Under the pieces are notes generated by a model. The model searched no databases. It was given only the letters and a program-made list of their open reading frames with translations, and had not been told where the DNA came from. Below, one piece after another: positions 1-14,590 of a DNA stretch of 64,000 nucleotides. The stretch is from positions 320,001-384,000 of the forward strand of contig CAVZLN010000003.1 in NCBI GenBank assembly GCA_963776245.1, read 5' to 3'. Each line of letters starts with the position of its first letter. Positions within the stretch are counted from its first letter, which is position 1. The stretch comes from Candidatus Eiseniibacteriota bacterium (GTDB lineage: Bacteria > Eisenbacteria > RBG-16-71-46). The position numbers and the translations under genes are program-made.

Positions 1-104
1 ACGTGCGGCCGGGGGACGAAGCGCGCGGCGCGGGCTCGCGCCCCGCCCCTCCCGCGCCTGCACCGTAGGACGCCCCCGGACCTTCTGCTAGAGTCGCCCG
101 CACG

Positions 105-920
105 ATGATGGCTCCGGTCCACCAGATGTGGGTCCTCGACCTGCTCGACATCTTCCTGGTCGCGGTGCTCTTCTACCGGTTGCTGATCCTGGTGAAAGGC
201 ACGCGCTCGGCGCAGATGTACGTCGGGCTGCTCGTCCTCGTGGTGGTGGGCGTGGTCGCGCGCGAGCTCGACCTGATCGCCGTGAAGTGGATCACCGACA
301 GCCTCAAGACGGTGTGGCTGATCGCGTTCGTGATCCTGTTCCAGCCCGAGCTGCGCCACGCCCTCGCGCAGTTCGGCCGCACGCGCTACGTCCGCTCGTT
401 CCTGCGCTCCGGCACCTATGGCGTGCTGGGCGAGGTGGTGCGCGGCGTGGAGACGCTGGCCGAGCGCCACCAGGGCGCGCTGATCGTCATCGAGCGCAAC
501 GTCGGACTGCGCAATTTCGTCGAGACCGGCACACGCATCGACGCCAAGATCTCGGCCGAGCTGCTGGTCACGCTGTTCAGCCCCGGCTCGCCGCTCCACG
601 ACGGCGCGCTCATCCTGCGCGAGGACACGGTGGTCGCCGCGGGCTGCATCCTGCCGCTCTCCGCCAATCCACTGCTGGCGGGCACGCTCGGCACGCGCCA
701 TCGCGCGGCGCTCGGGCTCTCCGAGGAGGCCGACGCGGCCGTCGTGGTGGTCAGCGAGCAGAGCGGCGCCATCTCGGTGGCCTACCGCGGCACCCTGAGA
801 CAGCGCCTCGACGAGGGCGCGCTGCGTTCGGAGCTGTCGCGCATCTTCCGACTGCGCCCCGAGGACGAGCCCGCGCTGACCGGCGGTCCGATCGCCCCGA
901 CCGAGCGGGTCACGGACTGA
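105..920 (+). CDS. cdaA: Diadenylate cyclase CdaA (3 N-terminal TM helices plus DAC domain)
   Basis: Hydrophobic N-terminus with 'ILFQPELRHAL'; DAC motifs 'PLHDGALI' and 'GTRHRAALG'. Confidence 0.93.
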   Translation: MMAPVHQMWVLDLLDIFLVAVLFYRLLILVKGTRSAQMYVGLLVLVVVGVVARELDLIAVKWITDSLKTVWLIAFVILFQPELRHALAQFGRTRYVRSFLRSGTYGVLGEVVRGVETLAERHQGALIVIERNVGLRNFVETGTRIDAKISAELLVTLFSPGSPLHDGALILREDTVVAAGCILPLSANPLLAGTLGTRHRAALGLSEEADAAVVVVSEQSGAISVAYRGTLRQRLDEGALRSELSRIFRLRPEDEPALTGGPIAPTERVTD

Positions 921-939
921 GCGGCAGGGTGGGACGTCG

Positions 940-2418
940 ATGAGCGGCGGCGAGGGCGGAAGGCGCGTCGTCGAGCCGGAGCCCGAGGTCGACGACCGCG
1001 TGAGCGGCAATCACCTCTGGCTGCTCCACTCCTGCGAGCGCCGGCTGTGGCTGGACCGTCACGCGCGCGAGGAGGCCGCGCCGGCGGGGGAGTTCGATGA
1101 GCTGTTGCGGCTTCGCGGCCGTGAGCACGAGGCGCTCGTGCGTTCCCGGATGGCGCCGTGCGAGGGACCGATCCACTGGCGCGGTCGTCCGATCGAGGAT
1201 TCGGTCGCCGAGACCCTGCGGCTCCTGCGCGAATCCCGCGCCACCCTCTACCAGCCCGCGCTTGTCGCGGCCGACGACCGCGCGCTGGGTGTCCCCGATT
1301 TCATCTACTGGGACGGCGACGCGCCCGTCGTGCACGACGCGAAGCTCGCCACGAACCTCGCGGACCACGGCGAGATCCCCCTTCAACTCACGCACTACCG
1401 GGTCCTGCTCGGCGACATGGGGCTGCCCGGGGCCCGCCTCGAGATCACCGACGGTCGCGGTGAGGTAGTCGAGATCGATCCCGTCCCGGAGACGGCCTAT
1501 TGCGAGCGCCGAACCCGGGCGAACGAGCTGCTGCGCGGCGGCCGCGAGCCCGATCTCCTGCTCGCGCACTCGACCTGCGGGGCGTGTCCGTTCTACGACC
1601 ACTGCTGGGATCGCGCCGAACGCGAACAGCGGATCGAGATCCTCCCGGGGGTGACGCAGTCCATCGGCGCCCGCTTCCGCGGCTTGGGCATCGGCACCGT
1701 GCGCGATCTCGCGGGCCTCGACCCGGACGCCATCCGCGGCCCCGGGGTGAAGGCGAAGGCCGAGTCCATCCTCGCCGAAGCGCGCGCGTTCCGCGACGCC
1801 GCCCCGGCCTGGATCGGGTCCCCCGACCTGCCCGCCGGGCGGCCCATCGTGTGGCTCGACTTCGAGGGCGTGATGGACCTGATTGACAACGCGCTGCCGA
1901 TCTACCTTTGGGGGCTCGCGGTCGATCGCGGATCGGAGGACCTCGAGACCGAGGCGATCCTCGCCGACACCTGGCCCGAGGGGAACGAGCAGGCCTGGCG
2001 CCGGTTCCTCGACCGGGCGAGCGAGATCCTGACGCGCTGGCCCGATTCGAGGTGGGTGCACTACCACCATTACGAGAAGGACTGGATCCGAAGATATGCC
2101 GCCGCCTTCGGCGACCCCGGAGGCGTTGTTCCCCGGCTCCAGCGCGCGCTGTGGGACCTCAACCTCGAAGGACTCGGCCGCTGGGTTCGACTGCCGTTGC
2201 GTTCCTACTCCATCAAGTTCGTGGCCCGCTACGTCGGCTTCGACTGGAGCAATCCCGAATCTGGTTCGCTGTGGTCCGTCGTCCAGTACCAGAAGGCGCG
2301 CGCGACCCCCGACCCGGCGGCGCGCCAGGCGCTGCTCGACGCCATCGTGCGCTACAACGGGGACGACCTGATGGCGATGCGCGCGGTCTGGAGGTGGATC
2401 GAGCGCGAGCGACCCTGA
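940..2418 (+). CDS. TM0106-family RecB-like putative nuclease with C-terminal RNase H-like domain
   Basis: 'CERRLWLD', PD-(D/E)xK-like 'GVPDFI...HDAKLA', 'CGACPFYDHC', HhH-like 'ILPGVT', and DEDD-like C-terminus 'WLDFEG...YSIKFVA...YNGDDL'. Confidence 0.8.
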   Translation: MSGGEGGRRVVEPEPEVDDRVSGNHLWLLHSCERRLWLDRHAREEAAPAGEFDELLRLRGREHEALVRSRMAPCEGPIHWRGRPIEDSVAETLRLLRESRATLYQPALVAADDRALGVPDFIYWDGDAPVVHDAKLATNLADHGEIPLQLTHYRVLLGDMGLPGARLEITDGRGEVVEIDPVPETAYCERRTRANELLRGGREPDLLLAHSTCGACPFYDHCWDRAEREQRIEILPGVTQSIGARFRGLGIGTVRDLAGLDPDAIRGPGVKAKAESILAEARAFRDAAPAWIGSPDLPAGRPIVWLDFEGVMDLIDNALPIYLWGLAVDRGSEDLETEAILADTWPEGNEQAWRRFLDRASEILTRWPDSRWVHYHHYEKDWIRRYAAAFGDPGGVVPRLQRALWDLNLEGLGRWVRLPLRSYSIKFVARYVGFDWSNPESGSLWSVVQYQKARATPDPAARQALLDAIVRYNGDDLMAMRAVWRWIERERP

Positions 2419-2462
2419 CACCGATCACGACCGCTGAATCCGCGGTCCGGACCGCGCTGCGC

Positions 2463-2491
2463 TTGACTTTCGCCCGTCCCGACCCTAACGT
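2463..2491 (+). promoter_or_regulatory. Putative sigma70 promoter for the tRNA-tilS-hpt-ftsH transcript
   Basis: TTGACT-N17-TAACGT about 35 nt upstream of the tRNA. Confidence 0.6.
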
Positions 2492-2525
2492 TCCACCCCG
2501 CATTCGACCACGCGGTCACCTTCGT

Positions 2526-2601
2526 GGCGGTGTAGCTCAGCTGGTAGAGCAGGGGAATCATAATCCCTGTGTCGGGGGTTCAAGTCCCTCCGCCGCCACC
2601 A
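2526..2601 (+). tRNA. tRNA with CAT anticodon, most likely elongator tRNA-Met
   Basis: Cloverleaf: acceptor GGCGGTG/CGCCGCC, D arm GCTC..GAGC, anticodon arm GGGGA-ATCATAA-TCCCT, T loop TTCAAGT, encoded CCA. The G1:C72 pair argues against the initiator. Confidence 0.93.
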
Positions 2602-2618
2602 CCTTCTCCCGACCCCCC

Positions 2619-4052
2619 ATGCGCCTGCGTCGCATCGAGCCGGTCCTCCGCCGCGCCCTCCGCGGGGCGTGCGCGCTGGCGCCCGGATCGCGGGTGCTGG
2701 TGGCCGTGAGCGGGGGCGCCGACTCGACCGCGCTCCTGCTCGGCCTGCGCGCGGTCGCCCCCCGCCTCGGTCTGGAGCTCCACGCCGCGCACCTCGACCA
2801 CGGCCTGCGCGGCGAGGAGTCGGCCGCCGACGCCGCCTTCTGCGGCGCGCTATGCGCGCGTCTCGAGGTGCCGCTGGCGAGCGCGCGGATCGACGCGCGG
2901 GCCCGGCTGCGCCGGCGGGGACTGACGGGCGAAGCGGGGCTGCGGGCGCTGCGACGGGAGTTCCTGCTCGCGACCGCCCGCCGCGTGAGGGCCGATGCCA
3001 TCGCCACCGCGCACACCGCGGACGACCAGCTCGAGACCGTGATGCTGCGCCTGATGCGCGGCACCGGGCTGGTCGGACTGGGGGCGATCCGCACGCGCCA
3101 CGGGCGGTTCGTTCACCCGCTGCTCGAGGCCACGCGCGAGCAGGTCGAGGCCGACCTGCGGGCGGCGGGTCAACCATGGCGGGAGGACGCCTCGAACCGC
3201 GATCTCGCCTTCGCACGCAACCGCGTGCGGCACATCGTGGTGCCCGCGCTGCTCACGGCGCTCGGCCCGGGCGGGTCGCGTCCGGGCGCACGCGGGGGGC
3301 TCGCGCTGCGGGTCGGTTCGGCGGCGCTCGAGGCCGCGGATGCCGCGGCCGGACTGTTCCGTCGCGCCCGCCTCATCCTGGCGCGGCGCCACCGCATCCA
3401 AGCGGGGGGATCGTCGCTTGATTCGCAGGGGTGGGCTACCTACCCTGCCGCGACCCGCCGCATGGTGTTGCGCGCCCTCTGGGAGCGCGCGGCCCCGCGG
3501 GCGGGAGGACTCACGCGGAGGCATCTGGACGCCCTCGACCGGCTGGCGGCCGGCGGGCGCGCGGGCGCCCGGGTGGCGCTGCCCGGAGGCCGATTGGCCG
3601 AACGGGGCCGCGGCGTCGTAACCTTCCGGGCGAGCGGATCCCGGGACGCGGGCACTCCCGCCCGCCCCCGCGAGTTGTGCGTGCCCGGGCGCGCCGTCGC
3701 ACGGGCCGGCGCGGTGCGCGGAAGCTGGACCACGGGCGCGGTGGCGCGCCGGCGTGCCGGGCTCGAGAGCCCGCGCGAGGAGTTCTTCGCCGCCGAAGCG
3801 CTGGCGGGCAGTCTGGAGCTGCGCGAGGGTCGTGACGACGAGTGGTTCGTGCCGTTCGGGCGGACGCGCGCGGTGCGCCTGAAGCAGTTCTTGCGGAAGC
3901 AATCGGTGTCTCGGGATGTGCGGTCCCATCCGACCGTCCTAGCCGACTCCGGAGGCATCCTCTGGGTGGTGGGTGTGCGGCGCGCTTCGCGCGGCATGGT
4001 GACCCGCTCCACCCGGCGGGCGCTCCGGGTCCACGTGGAGGCCCATGACTGA
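2619..4052 (+). CDS. tilS: tRNA(Ile)-lysidine synthetase
   Basis: PP-loop 'VAVSGGADS', 'HLDHGLRG', 'TAHTADDQLET', 'EDASN...RNRVRH'. Start at ATG 2619 inside ORF 1908..4052. Confidence 0.95.
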   Translation: MRLRRIEPVLRRALRGACALAPGSRVLVAVSGGADSTALLLGLRAVAPRLGLELHAAHLDHGLRGEESAADAAFCGALCARLEVPLASARIDARARLRRRGLTGEAGLRALRREFLLATARRVRADAIATAHTADDQLETVMLRLMRGTGLVGLGAIRTRHGRFVHPLLEATREQVEADLRAAGQPWREDASNRDLAFARNRVRHIVVPALLTALGPGGSRPGARGGLALRVGSAALEAADAAAGLFRRARLILARRHRIQAGGSSLDSQGWATYPAATRRMVLRALWERAAPRAGGLTRRHLDALDRLAAGGRAGARVALPGGRLAERGRGVVTFRASGSRDAGTPARPRELCVPGRAVARAGAVRGSWTTGAVARRRAGLESPREEFFAAEALAGSLELREGRDDEWFVPFGRTRAVRLKQFLRKQSVSRDVRSHPTVLADSGGILWVVGVRRASRGMVTRSTRRALRVHVEAHD

Positions 4053-4596
4053 TCGCCCACTCGCTCTCCAGACCGAGCCCGGCCTGCGGGTGATGTTCAG
4101 CGCCGAGCAGATCCAGACGCGCGTGCGCGAGATGGGGCTGGAGGTGGCGCGCGACCACGCCGGTCTCAAGCCATTGTTCGTGGCGGTGCTCAAGGGCGCC
4201 TGCATGTTCCAGTGCGACCTCGCGCGCGCCACGCCCACCGACCTCGAGCTCGACTTCCTGGCGGTGTCGTCGTACGGCCGCAGCACGACCTCGACGGGCA
4301 TCGTGAAGCTCATCATGGATCTCCGTTCCGACATCACCGGACGCCATCTCGTGCTGTGCGAGGGCGTGGTGGATTCCGGCCTGAGCGTGCAGTTCATCCT
4401 GGACCTGCTGAAGTCCCGCGGAGCGGCCAGCATCAAGGTGGCCGCGCTGCTCGACAAGCGTCCGTGCCGCAAGATCGAGGTGCCGGTGGATTACGTGGGA
4501 TGGACCATCGGCTCCGAGTTCGTGATCGGGTACGGCATGGATCACGACGAACGCTACCGCAATCTGCCCTACGTGGGCGTCATCGAGGAGGCATGA
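4045..4596 (+). CDS. hpt: Hypoxanthine phosphoribosyltransferase
   Basis: 'VLKGA', 'VSSYG', PRPP loop '[11 protein letters not shown]', '[16 protein letters not shown]'; tilS-hpt-ftsH synteny. Confidence 0.93.
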   Translation: MTDRPLALQTEPGLRVMFSAEQIQTRVREMGLEVARDHAGLKPLFVAVLKGACMFQCDLARATPTDLELDFLAVSSYGRSTTSTGIVKLIMDLRSDITGRHLVLCEGVVDSGLSVQFILDLLKSRGAASIKVAALLDKRPCRKIEVPVDYVGWTIGSEFVIGYGMDHDERYRNLPYVGVIEEA

Positions 4597-4600
4597 ACCC

Positions 4601-6667
<2,067 letters not shown>

Positions 6668-6926
6668 CGGCCGGGCCGGTCCCCGCGCGGCGCCGGCCGT
6701 CGCCCGGGGAAACCGCAGGCTTTGCCCCGCGCTTGCAACCTTTCCCGCAGCGCCGCCGTCCAAGGAAGTGTCGCGCGACTGCGAACGCACGACCAGCAGC
6801 AGGTCACCCGAGCGAGGTGACGCGGTGAGGCAAGCACCGCGGCCCCAGCGATGACGCCCGGCCCATGGATGGCCGGGCGTTCGCGTTGCGGAGCGCTCCC
6901 TCCGAGTCGGGCGCGGGGCCGGCCTC

Positions 6927-9085
6927 TCAGCGGGTCGCGGGCGGGTCGGTGAACGTCGCGCCCTCCGCCACCTTCCGGCTGAGCAGCTTCGCGGGCTCGA
7001 AGCGCTCGCCCTTCTCGGCGCGCAGCGCCTGGAGCCGCGCCTCCACCCGGGCCAGCCCGAGCGTGTCGGCCCAGCGCAGCACGCCGCCGCGGTAGGGCGG
7101 AAAGCCGGTGCCGAAGATCATCGCCAGGTCGAGCATGCCGGCGTCGGCGACGACGCCCTCCTCGAGGCAGCGCGCGGCCTCGTTGATCATCGCCAGCACC
7201 ATGCGCTCCGAGAGCGTCTCGAGGCTCGGCGCCTTGCGCTCGCGCTCGAGTCCGAGCAGCGCGGCGACCGCGGGGTCGGCGGTGCGCTTGCGGCCCGCGT
7301 GGCGGTAGAAGCCGAGGCCGTTCTTCTTGCCGAGCCGGCCCGCGGCCACCAGCTTCTCGAGCGCGGGCGGCCTCGCATGCGATCCGGGAACGCGTTCGAC
7401 AGCACGCCGCGCCACCTTCTCCGCCACGTCGAGCCCGACCTCGTCCACCACCTCGAACGGGCCCATCGGCATGCCGAAGCGTTTCATCGAGGCGTCGATG
7501 TCGGTGAGCGGGTAGCCTTCCTCGAGCAGGTGCAGCGCCTCGCGCAGGTACGGCATGAGGATGCGGTTCACCACGAACCCGGGCGCGTCGCTTCACCACC
7601 ACCGGCGTCTTGCCGAGCCGTCGCGCCAGCGCGACGGCGGTCACCAGCGCTCCGTCGCTGGTGGCCCGCGCCGCGCACCACCTCGACCAGCGGCATCTGG
7701 TGCACCGGGTTGAAGAAGTGGAAGCCGCAGAAGCGCTCGGGATGCTGCAGCCCGTCGGCGAGCGCGTCCACGGAGAGCGACGAGGTGTTGGTCGCGAGCA
7801 CCGCCTCGGGCCGGATGCGCACCTCGAGCTCGGCGAACACGCGGCGCTTGATGTCGAGGTCCTCGACCACCGCCTCGATCGCGAAGTCGGCACGCGACAT
7901 CCCGGTCAGCTCGAGCGTGGGCAGGATGCGCGCCATCTGGTTGTCGCGCTCGCCCGCGCTCGTGCGCTTCTTGCGGCCGCGCTCGTCGATGAGCCCGCGC
8001 ACCGTCAGCAGCGCCTTGGTGCAGCGCCGCGGGCGCGATGTCGCGCACCCGCACCTCGATGCCGTTGCGGCTCGCCAGCTCGGCGATGCCGCCGCCCATC
8101 ACGCCGGCGCCCGCCAGCACCATGCGCTCGACGCGCGCGGGCTGGACCGACGCGTCGGCGACCACCGCGTCCTTCTTGGCGCGCTCCGAGAGCTGGAAGA
8201 TGCGCACCAGGTTCTTGCACACCGGCCCGGTCACGAGGTGCGCGACCTCGTCCGCCTCGAGCGCGAGCCCGCGCTCGACCGATTGCCCGATCGAAGTGCT
8301 CGAGCACGCGCAGGATGCGAGGCGGCGCCGGGTAGTGCCCGCCGGTGCGCGCCCTGACCGTCGCGCGCGCCTGGCTGAAGCACGAGCGCGCGTCCGAACG
8401 GGGTGCGGTCGAGGAACCAGCCCATGGTGTCCTTCGGCCGGTGCGCGTCGCGCCGCTTCCCGGCCGGGCGCGACGATCAGCTCGCGCACCCGCTGCTCGG
8501 CCGCCTCGACCAGCCACGCCGCGGGCACCGCCCGCGCGACCAGGCCCATGCGCTCGGCGCGCTTGCGCGTCGAGCGCGCGCCCGGTGAGCAGCAGGTCGA
8601 GGGCGCCGGGCAGGCCGATCAGGCGCGGCAGCCGCGTGGTGCCGCCGAAGCCGGGCAGGATGCCGAGCAGCACCTCGGGCAGTCCGATCTGGGTGCGCGG
8701 CTCCTCGCTCGCGACCCGCGAATCGCACGCCAGCGCCAGCTCGACGCCGCCGCCCAGGCACACGCCGTCGATGGCCGCGACCGTGGGCACCCGCAGCGCC
8801 GCGAGCCGCCCGTAGACCGCGTGCGCGCGGCGCACCAGGGTCCGCACCTGCTCGGGGTCGGTGAGCGTGGCGATGGCGTTGACGTCGGCGCCGGCGATGA
8901 ACGAGCCGCTCTTGCCGCTGCGCAGCACCACCCCGCGCACGTCCGGGTCGGCCTCGATCGCCGACAGCGCCGCCTCGAGGGAGGCGATGGCGGTCTCGTC
9001 GATGCACGTTGAGCTTGCGCGCCGGATCGTCCATCACGAGGTGGACGATGCCCTCGGCCCCGCGCTCGACGCGGAACGCGCTCAT
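6927..9085 (-). CDS. fadJ: Fatty acid oxidation complex alpha subunit (enoyl-CoA hydratase/3-hydroxyacyl-CoA dehydrogenase), broken by about ten frameshifts, probably sequence errors
   Basis: Consecutive fragments in different frames: 'MSAFRVERGAEGIVHLVMD', 'FIAGADV...CLGGGVELALACD...GLPEV', 'GAGVMGGGIA', 'IEAVVEDL...ATNTSSL...HFFNPV', 'VNRILMPY...GMPMGPF', 'FGTGFPPYRGG'. Confidence 0.85.
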
Positions 9086-10365
9086 GACGCACGCTCCAGC
9101 ACGAAGGCCGCGCCCTGTCCGCCGCCCACGCACAGCGAGGCGATGCCCCGCTTCGCGCCGCGGCGGCGCAGCTCCATCAGCAGGGTGAGCAGCAGGCGCG
9201 CCCCGCTCGCGCCCACCGGGTGCCCGAGCGCGATGGCGCCGCCGTTGACGTTGAGCCGCTCCCGCGGGATCGCGCCGAGCGCGGCGCCGAGGCCCAGCTC
9301 GTCGCGCGCGAAGGCCGCGGACTCCGCGGCCGCGAGGCACGCCAGCACCTGCACGGCGAAGGCCTCGTTGATCTCGATCAGGTCCATGTCGTCGATCGTC
9401 AGCCCGGCCTTCGCGAGCGCCTTCGCCATCGCGTACACCGGGCCCAGCCCCATGCGCCGCGGGGAGAGCCCCGCGAACGCCGCGGCCCGGATGCGCCCGA
9501 GCGGCGGCATCGGCCACGCCTGGGCGGTGGCGTCGTCGCCGAGCAGCAGCGCCACCGCGCCGTCGGTCATCGGGCACGCGTTGCCGACCGTCACGGTGCC
9601 GTTGCGCCGGTCGAAGAACGGCTTGAGCTTCGCCAGCTGCTCGACCGACTGGCCTTCGCGCGGGCCGACGTCGTCCGTCACGGCCTCGTACTTCGGCGGC
9701 GGGAACACCGGCACCGACTCCTCGCGCAGGCGCTCGCGCGCGGCCACGGTGCGGGTGTGGCTCTCGACCGCGAACAGGTCCTGCTGTTCGCGGGTGATGC
9801 GGAACTCGCGGCCCAGCACCTCGGCGGTCTGGCCCATGTTGAGTCCGCAGGTGATATCGGTGAGGCCCTCCATGATCGAGATGCGCGGCGCCAGCATCTT
9901 CGGCCGGAACGCCGCGAACGCGCCGAGCCTCTGCACCGGGGTCTGGGCGCGCATCAGGCCCTCGAGCCAGTCGGAGTAGTCGAAGTTGTACATGAGCGGG
10001 ATCTGGCTCATGGACTCCATGCCGCCGGCCAGCACCAGCGAGGCCTCGCCGGCACGGATCCTCAGCGCGCCGTCGGCCACCGATTCCATGCCCGAGGCGC
10101 AGTTGCGGTGCACGGTAAAGCCGGGCACGCGCTCGGGGATGCCGGCGCGCAGGGCGGTCACGCGGGCGACATTCGCCGCCTCGGCGGGCTGGGCGCAGTT
10201 GCCGAGGATGACCTCGTCGATGCGCGCCGGATCGAGGTCCTGGCGCGCCAGCAGCTCGGTGATCACCATGCGTCCGAGCTCGTACACCGGCGTGCGCTTG
10301 AACGCCGTGCCCGCCTTGGCGAACGGCGTGCGCAACCCCGCGAGGATCCAGACCGCGTCACTCAT
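9082..10365 (-). CDS. Acetyl-CoA C-acyltransferase (thiolase), FadI/FadA type
   Basis: 'LRTPF', 'HRNCASG', 'EINEAFA', 'NGGAIALGHPVGASG', 'LCVGGGQG'. Start ATG 10365. Confidence 0.93.
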   Translation of the reverse strand: MSDAVWILAGLRTPFAKAGTAFKRTPVYELGRMVITELLARQDLDPARIDEVILGNCAQPAEAANVARVTALRAGIPERVPGFTVHRNCASGMESVADGALRIRAGEASLVLAGGMESMSQIPLMYNFDYSDWLEGLMRAQTPVQRLGAFAAFRPKMLAPRISIMEGLTDITCGLNMGQTAEVLGREFRITREQQDLFAVESHTRTVAARERLREESVPVFPPPKYEAVTDDVGPREGQSVEQLAKLKPFFDRRNGTVTVGNACPMTDGAVALLLGDDATAQAWPMPPLGRIRAAAFAGLSPRRMGLGPVYAMAKALAKAGLTIDDMDLIEINEAFAVQVLACLAAAESAAFARDELGLGAALGAIPRERLNVNGGAIALGHPVGASGARLLLTLLMELRRRGAKRGIASLCVGGGQGAAFVLERAS

Positions 10366-10376
10366 CGGCGGAGACC

Positions 10377-11165
10377 CTACTTCCGGGGGAGCCGGGCGAG
10401 CAGCTCCCGCGCCTCGGCCTGGTACTGCTTGTCGCGGCCGCTGCTGGTGGGCGGCAGCGACACCGCCTTCTCGAGCTCGCGCCGGGCGTCGTCCCAGCGC
10501 TTGAGGTCCGCGAACGTGCGCCCCAGCTCGAGGTGGTGGTTCACGTAGTCCGGCTCGAGCGCGATCGCCTTCTGGAAGTCGCGCACCGCATTGTCCATCG
10601 ACGCGCCCTTGGGGACGCCGCCCAGCACGGTGTTGGCGGCGGCGCGCTCGATGAAGTTGAGGCTCGCGATCTTGCGGTTCCACGCGCCGCGCACGTGATA
10701 GGCGCGGCCGATGCCCGGGTCGAGCGCGATGGCGCGGTCCACCTCGTCCTTGATCTCGCGCGAGAGCGCCAGGCGGGTCTTGGGGCCTTCCTTGAGCGCC
10801 TGGCGGCCGAGCGCCACCGCCAGCCACACGTGCCCCCGCGCGCTGTCGGGAGCGGCCTTGACCGCGGACCGGGCGTGGGCGACCGCGGCGGACACCAGCC
10901 GGCTGCGGGCGTCGCCCTCGGCGTCCTCACCCAGCTCGGACTCCACGCGGGCGATGCGGCAGAGCGCCTCGAACGAGCCGGGCTGCGAGTTGAGCGCCGC
11001 CTCGTAGGCGGCGCGGGCGTCCACGAGGTCGCCGCGGGCGTACATCTGATCGCCGCGCTCGAGATCCTGAGGGAACGACTGGGCAGCAACGCGACCTGCC
11101 GTCAGCAGCAGGGCGACTGCCGCGACGAACGCCGCGGCGGCGCGGGACCAGCGGTACACGGCCAT
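10377..11165 (-). CDS. Secreted TPR-repeat protein
   Basis: Signal peptide ending 'VAAQ' and TPR-like helices ('FQKAIALEPDYVNHHLELGRTF'). Confidence 0.8.
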   Translation of the reverse strand: MAVYRWSRAAAAFVAAVALLLTAGRVAAQSFPQDLERGDQMYARGDLVDARAAYEAALNSQPGSFEALCRIARVESELGEDAEGDARSRLVSAAVAHARSAVKAAPDSARGHVWLAVALGRQALKEGPKTRLALSREIKDEVDRAIALDPGIGRAYHVRGAWNRKIASLNFIERAAANTVLGGVPKGASMDNAVRDFQKAIALEPDYVNHHLELGRTFADLKRWDDARRELEKAVSLPPTSSGRDKQYQAEARELLARLPRK

Positions 11166-11431
11166 GCGTGGGCTCCTTCCCCCCCGGGCGCGTCATGCGC
11201 CGACGGACAGCGCGACTCTCACGCACGCTCGCGGGGATGTCAACGCTCGAGGCATGAGCGGGCCGAGCGGGGACGCCGCAGGTCCTGGCCCCGCGCGCGC
11301 CACCGGGGCGTCCTCCCCCGCGGGCCGTCCACCCTCGCGGCGTTTTCCCTTGAGGTGGCCGGGGGACGATGCTAAGCACTACCCCTCAGGCCGCCTCCCC
11401 CCCTCAGCGGCCCGACCTCCGGAGGCCGGGC

Positions 11432-13240
<1,809 letters not shown>

Positions 13241-13280
13241 CGCTCGCATGTTCTCCACCCACCTCAGGAGACCGGACACG

Positions 13281-14568
13281 ATGAAACGGACGAGGATCGC
13301 CCTCGCCGCCGCGCTGCTCATGGCGGCGGTCCTCCCGGCCACGGCACAGGCGGCCGGCTACGCCATCTACGAGCAGGGCGCCGCGGTGCTCGGCATGGCC
13401 GGGGCCGGCACCGCCTCGGTGCACGACGCCTCGGCGGTGTTCTTCAATCCGGCCCGGTTGGTGGCGCTGCCCGGCACGCAGTTCTACGCCGGCGGCAACG
13501 CGCTCACGGTCGCCAACTCCTTCGCGGGCGTCGATCCCTATCCGGGCTACGGCGTGACCGAGGCGATGAAGACCCAGACGTTCTACCCGCCGAATGTCTA
13601 TCTGACCAAGAACTTCGGCGGCGCGTTCGCGGTCGGCGCCGGGTTCAACGCTCCGTTCGGACTGGGCATCGAGTGGGAGAACCCGGCCACCTTCACCGGC
13701 CGCGCCATCGCCACCAAGGCGGACGTCAAGGGGCTCAACGCGAGCCTGAACGTGGCCCACGCGATCGGTTCCCGCGCCTCCATCGCCGTGGGCTTCGACG
13801 CGCTGTTCGCCAGCGTCAGCCTGCGCCAGGTCGCACAGGTCCCGGTGCCGGGCGGAGGCGGCGCCATCGTGGACGTGGCCACCGCCGCGCTGAAGGCCGA
13901 TCTCACGCCGGGATACGGATGGAACGCCGCGCTCTGGCTCCAGCCCACCCCGCGCACCCAGCTCGGCCTCGCGTACCGCAGCCGCGTGTCGGTGGACGTG
14001 GACGGCACGGTGGACTTCACGGCCATCCCGACCGGCGATCCGATCGTGGATGCCGGCGCGGCGGCCAAGCTCCAGGACCAGGGGGTCTCGAGCACGCTCT
14101 CCTTCCCCGCCCAGTGGTCGATGGGGCTGGCGTACTCACCCACCCCGGCGTGGACCTTCGAGGGCGACTTGAACTGGACGGAATGGTCGTTCTTCAAGGA
14201 TCTGCCCATCCATTTCAAGAAGTCGCCTGCGCTCGACAAGAAGGTCGAGGAGGACTACCGGGACCAGCTCCAGGTGCGCCTGGGCGCCGAGCACCGGCTC
14301 GCGAACTACACCTACCGGTTCGGCTACTACTACGACCGGGCCGCCGCGCCGGTGCAGTCGGTGACCCCGCTGCTGCCCGGACGCGGACCGCAATGGGATC
14401 TCGGTCGGCTTCGGTCTGCCGATCGCGAAGCGGTTCGCCCTCGACGTGTACGATTGCGCGTTGTTCGTGCGCCGGCGCAGCACCGACGGCCAGGAGCGCG
14501 ACAACTACAACGGTGTGTACAAGGGCTTCGTCAACATGGCCGGCGCGGCGCTGTCCTGCCGCTTCTAG
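13281..14568 (+). CDS. fadL: FadL/OmpP1-family outer-membrane long-chain fatty acid transporter (one frameshift near 14380)
   Basis: Signal peptide, 'GMAGAGTA..DASAVFFNPA', 'APFGLGIEW'. After one extra base the frame continues 'PDADRNG...LSCRF*', ending in the terminal Phe typical of OM barrels. Confidence 0.85.
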
Positions 14569-14590
14569 CGCACACGGGAGAAGACCAGCG

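Noticed and set aside
2526..2620. tRNA as the attachment site of an integrated element
   Set aside because: No integrase or duplicated tRNA 3' end was seen, and core genes follow directly.
6927..9085. Programmed frameshifting in fadJ
   Set aside because: Too many shifts and no slippery sites were seen; sequence error is the simpler explanation.
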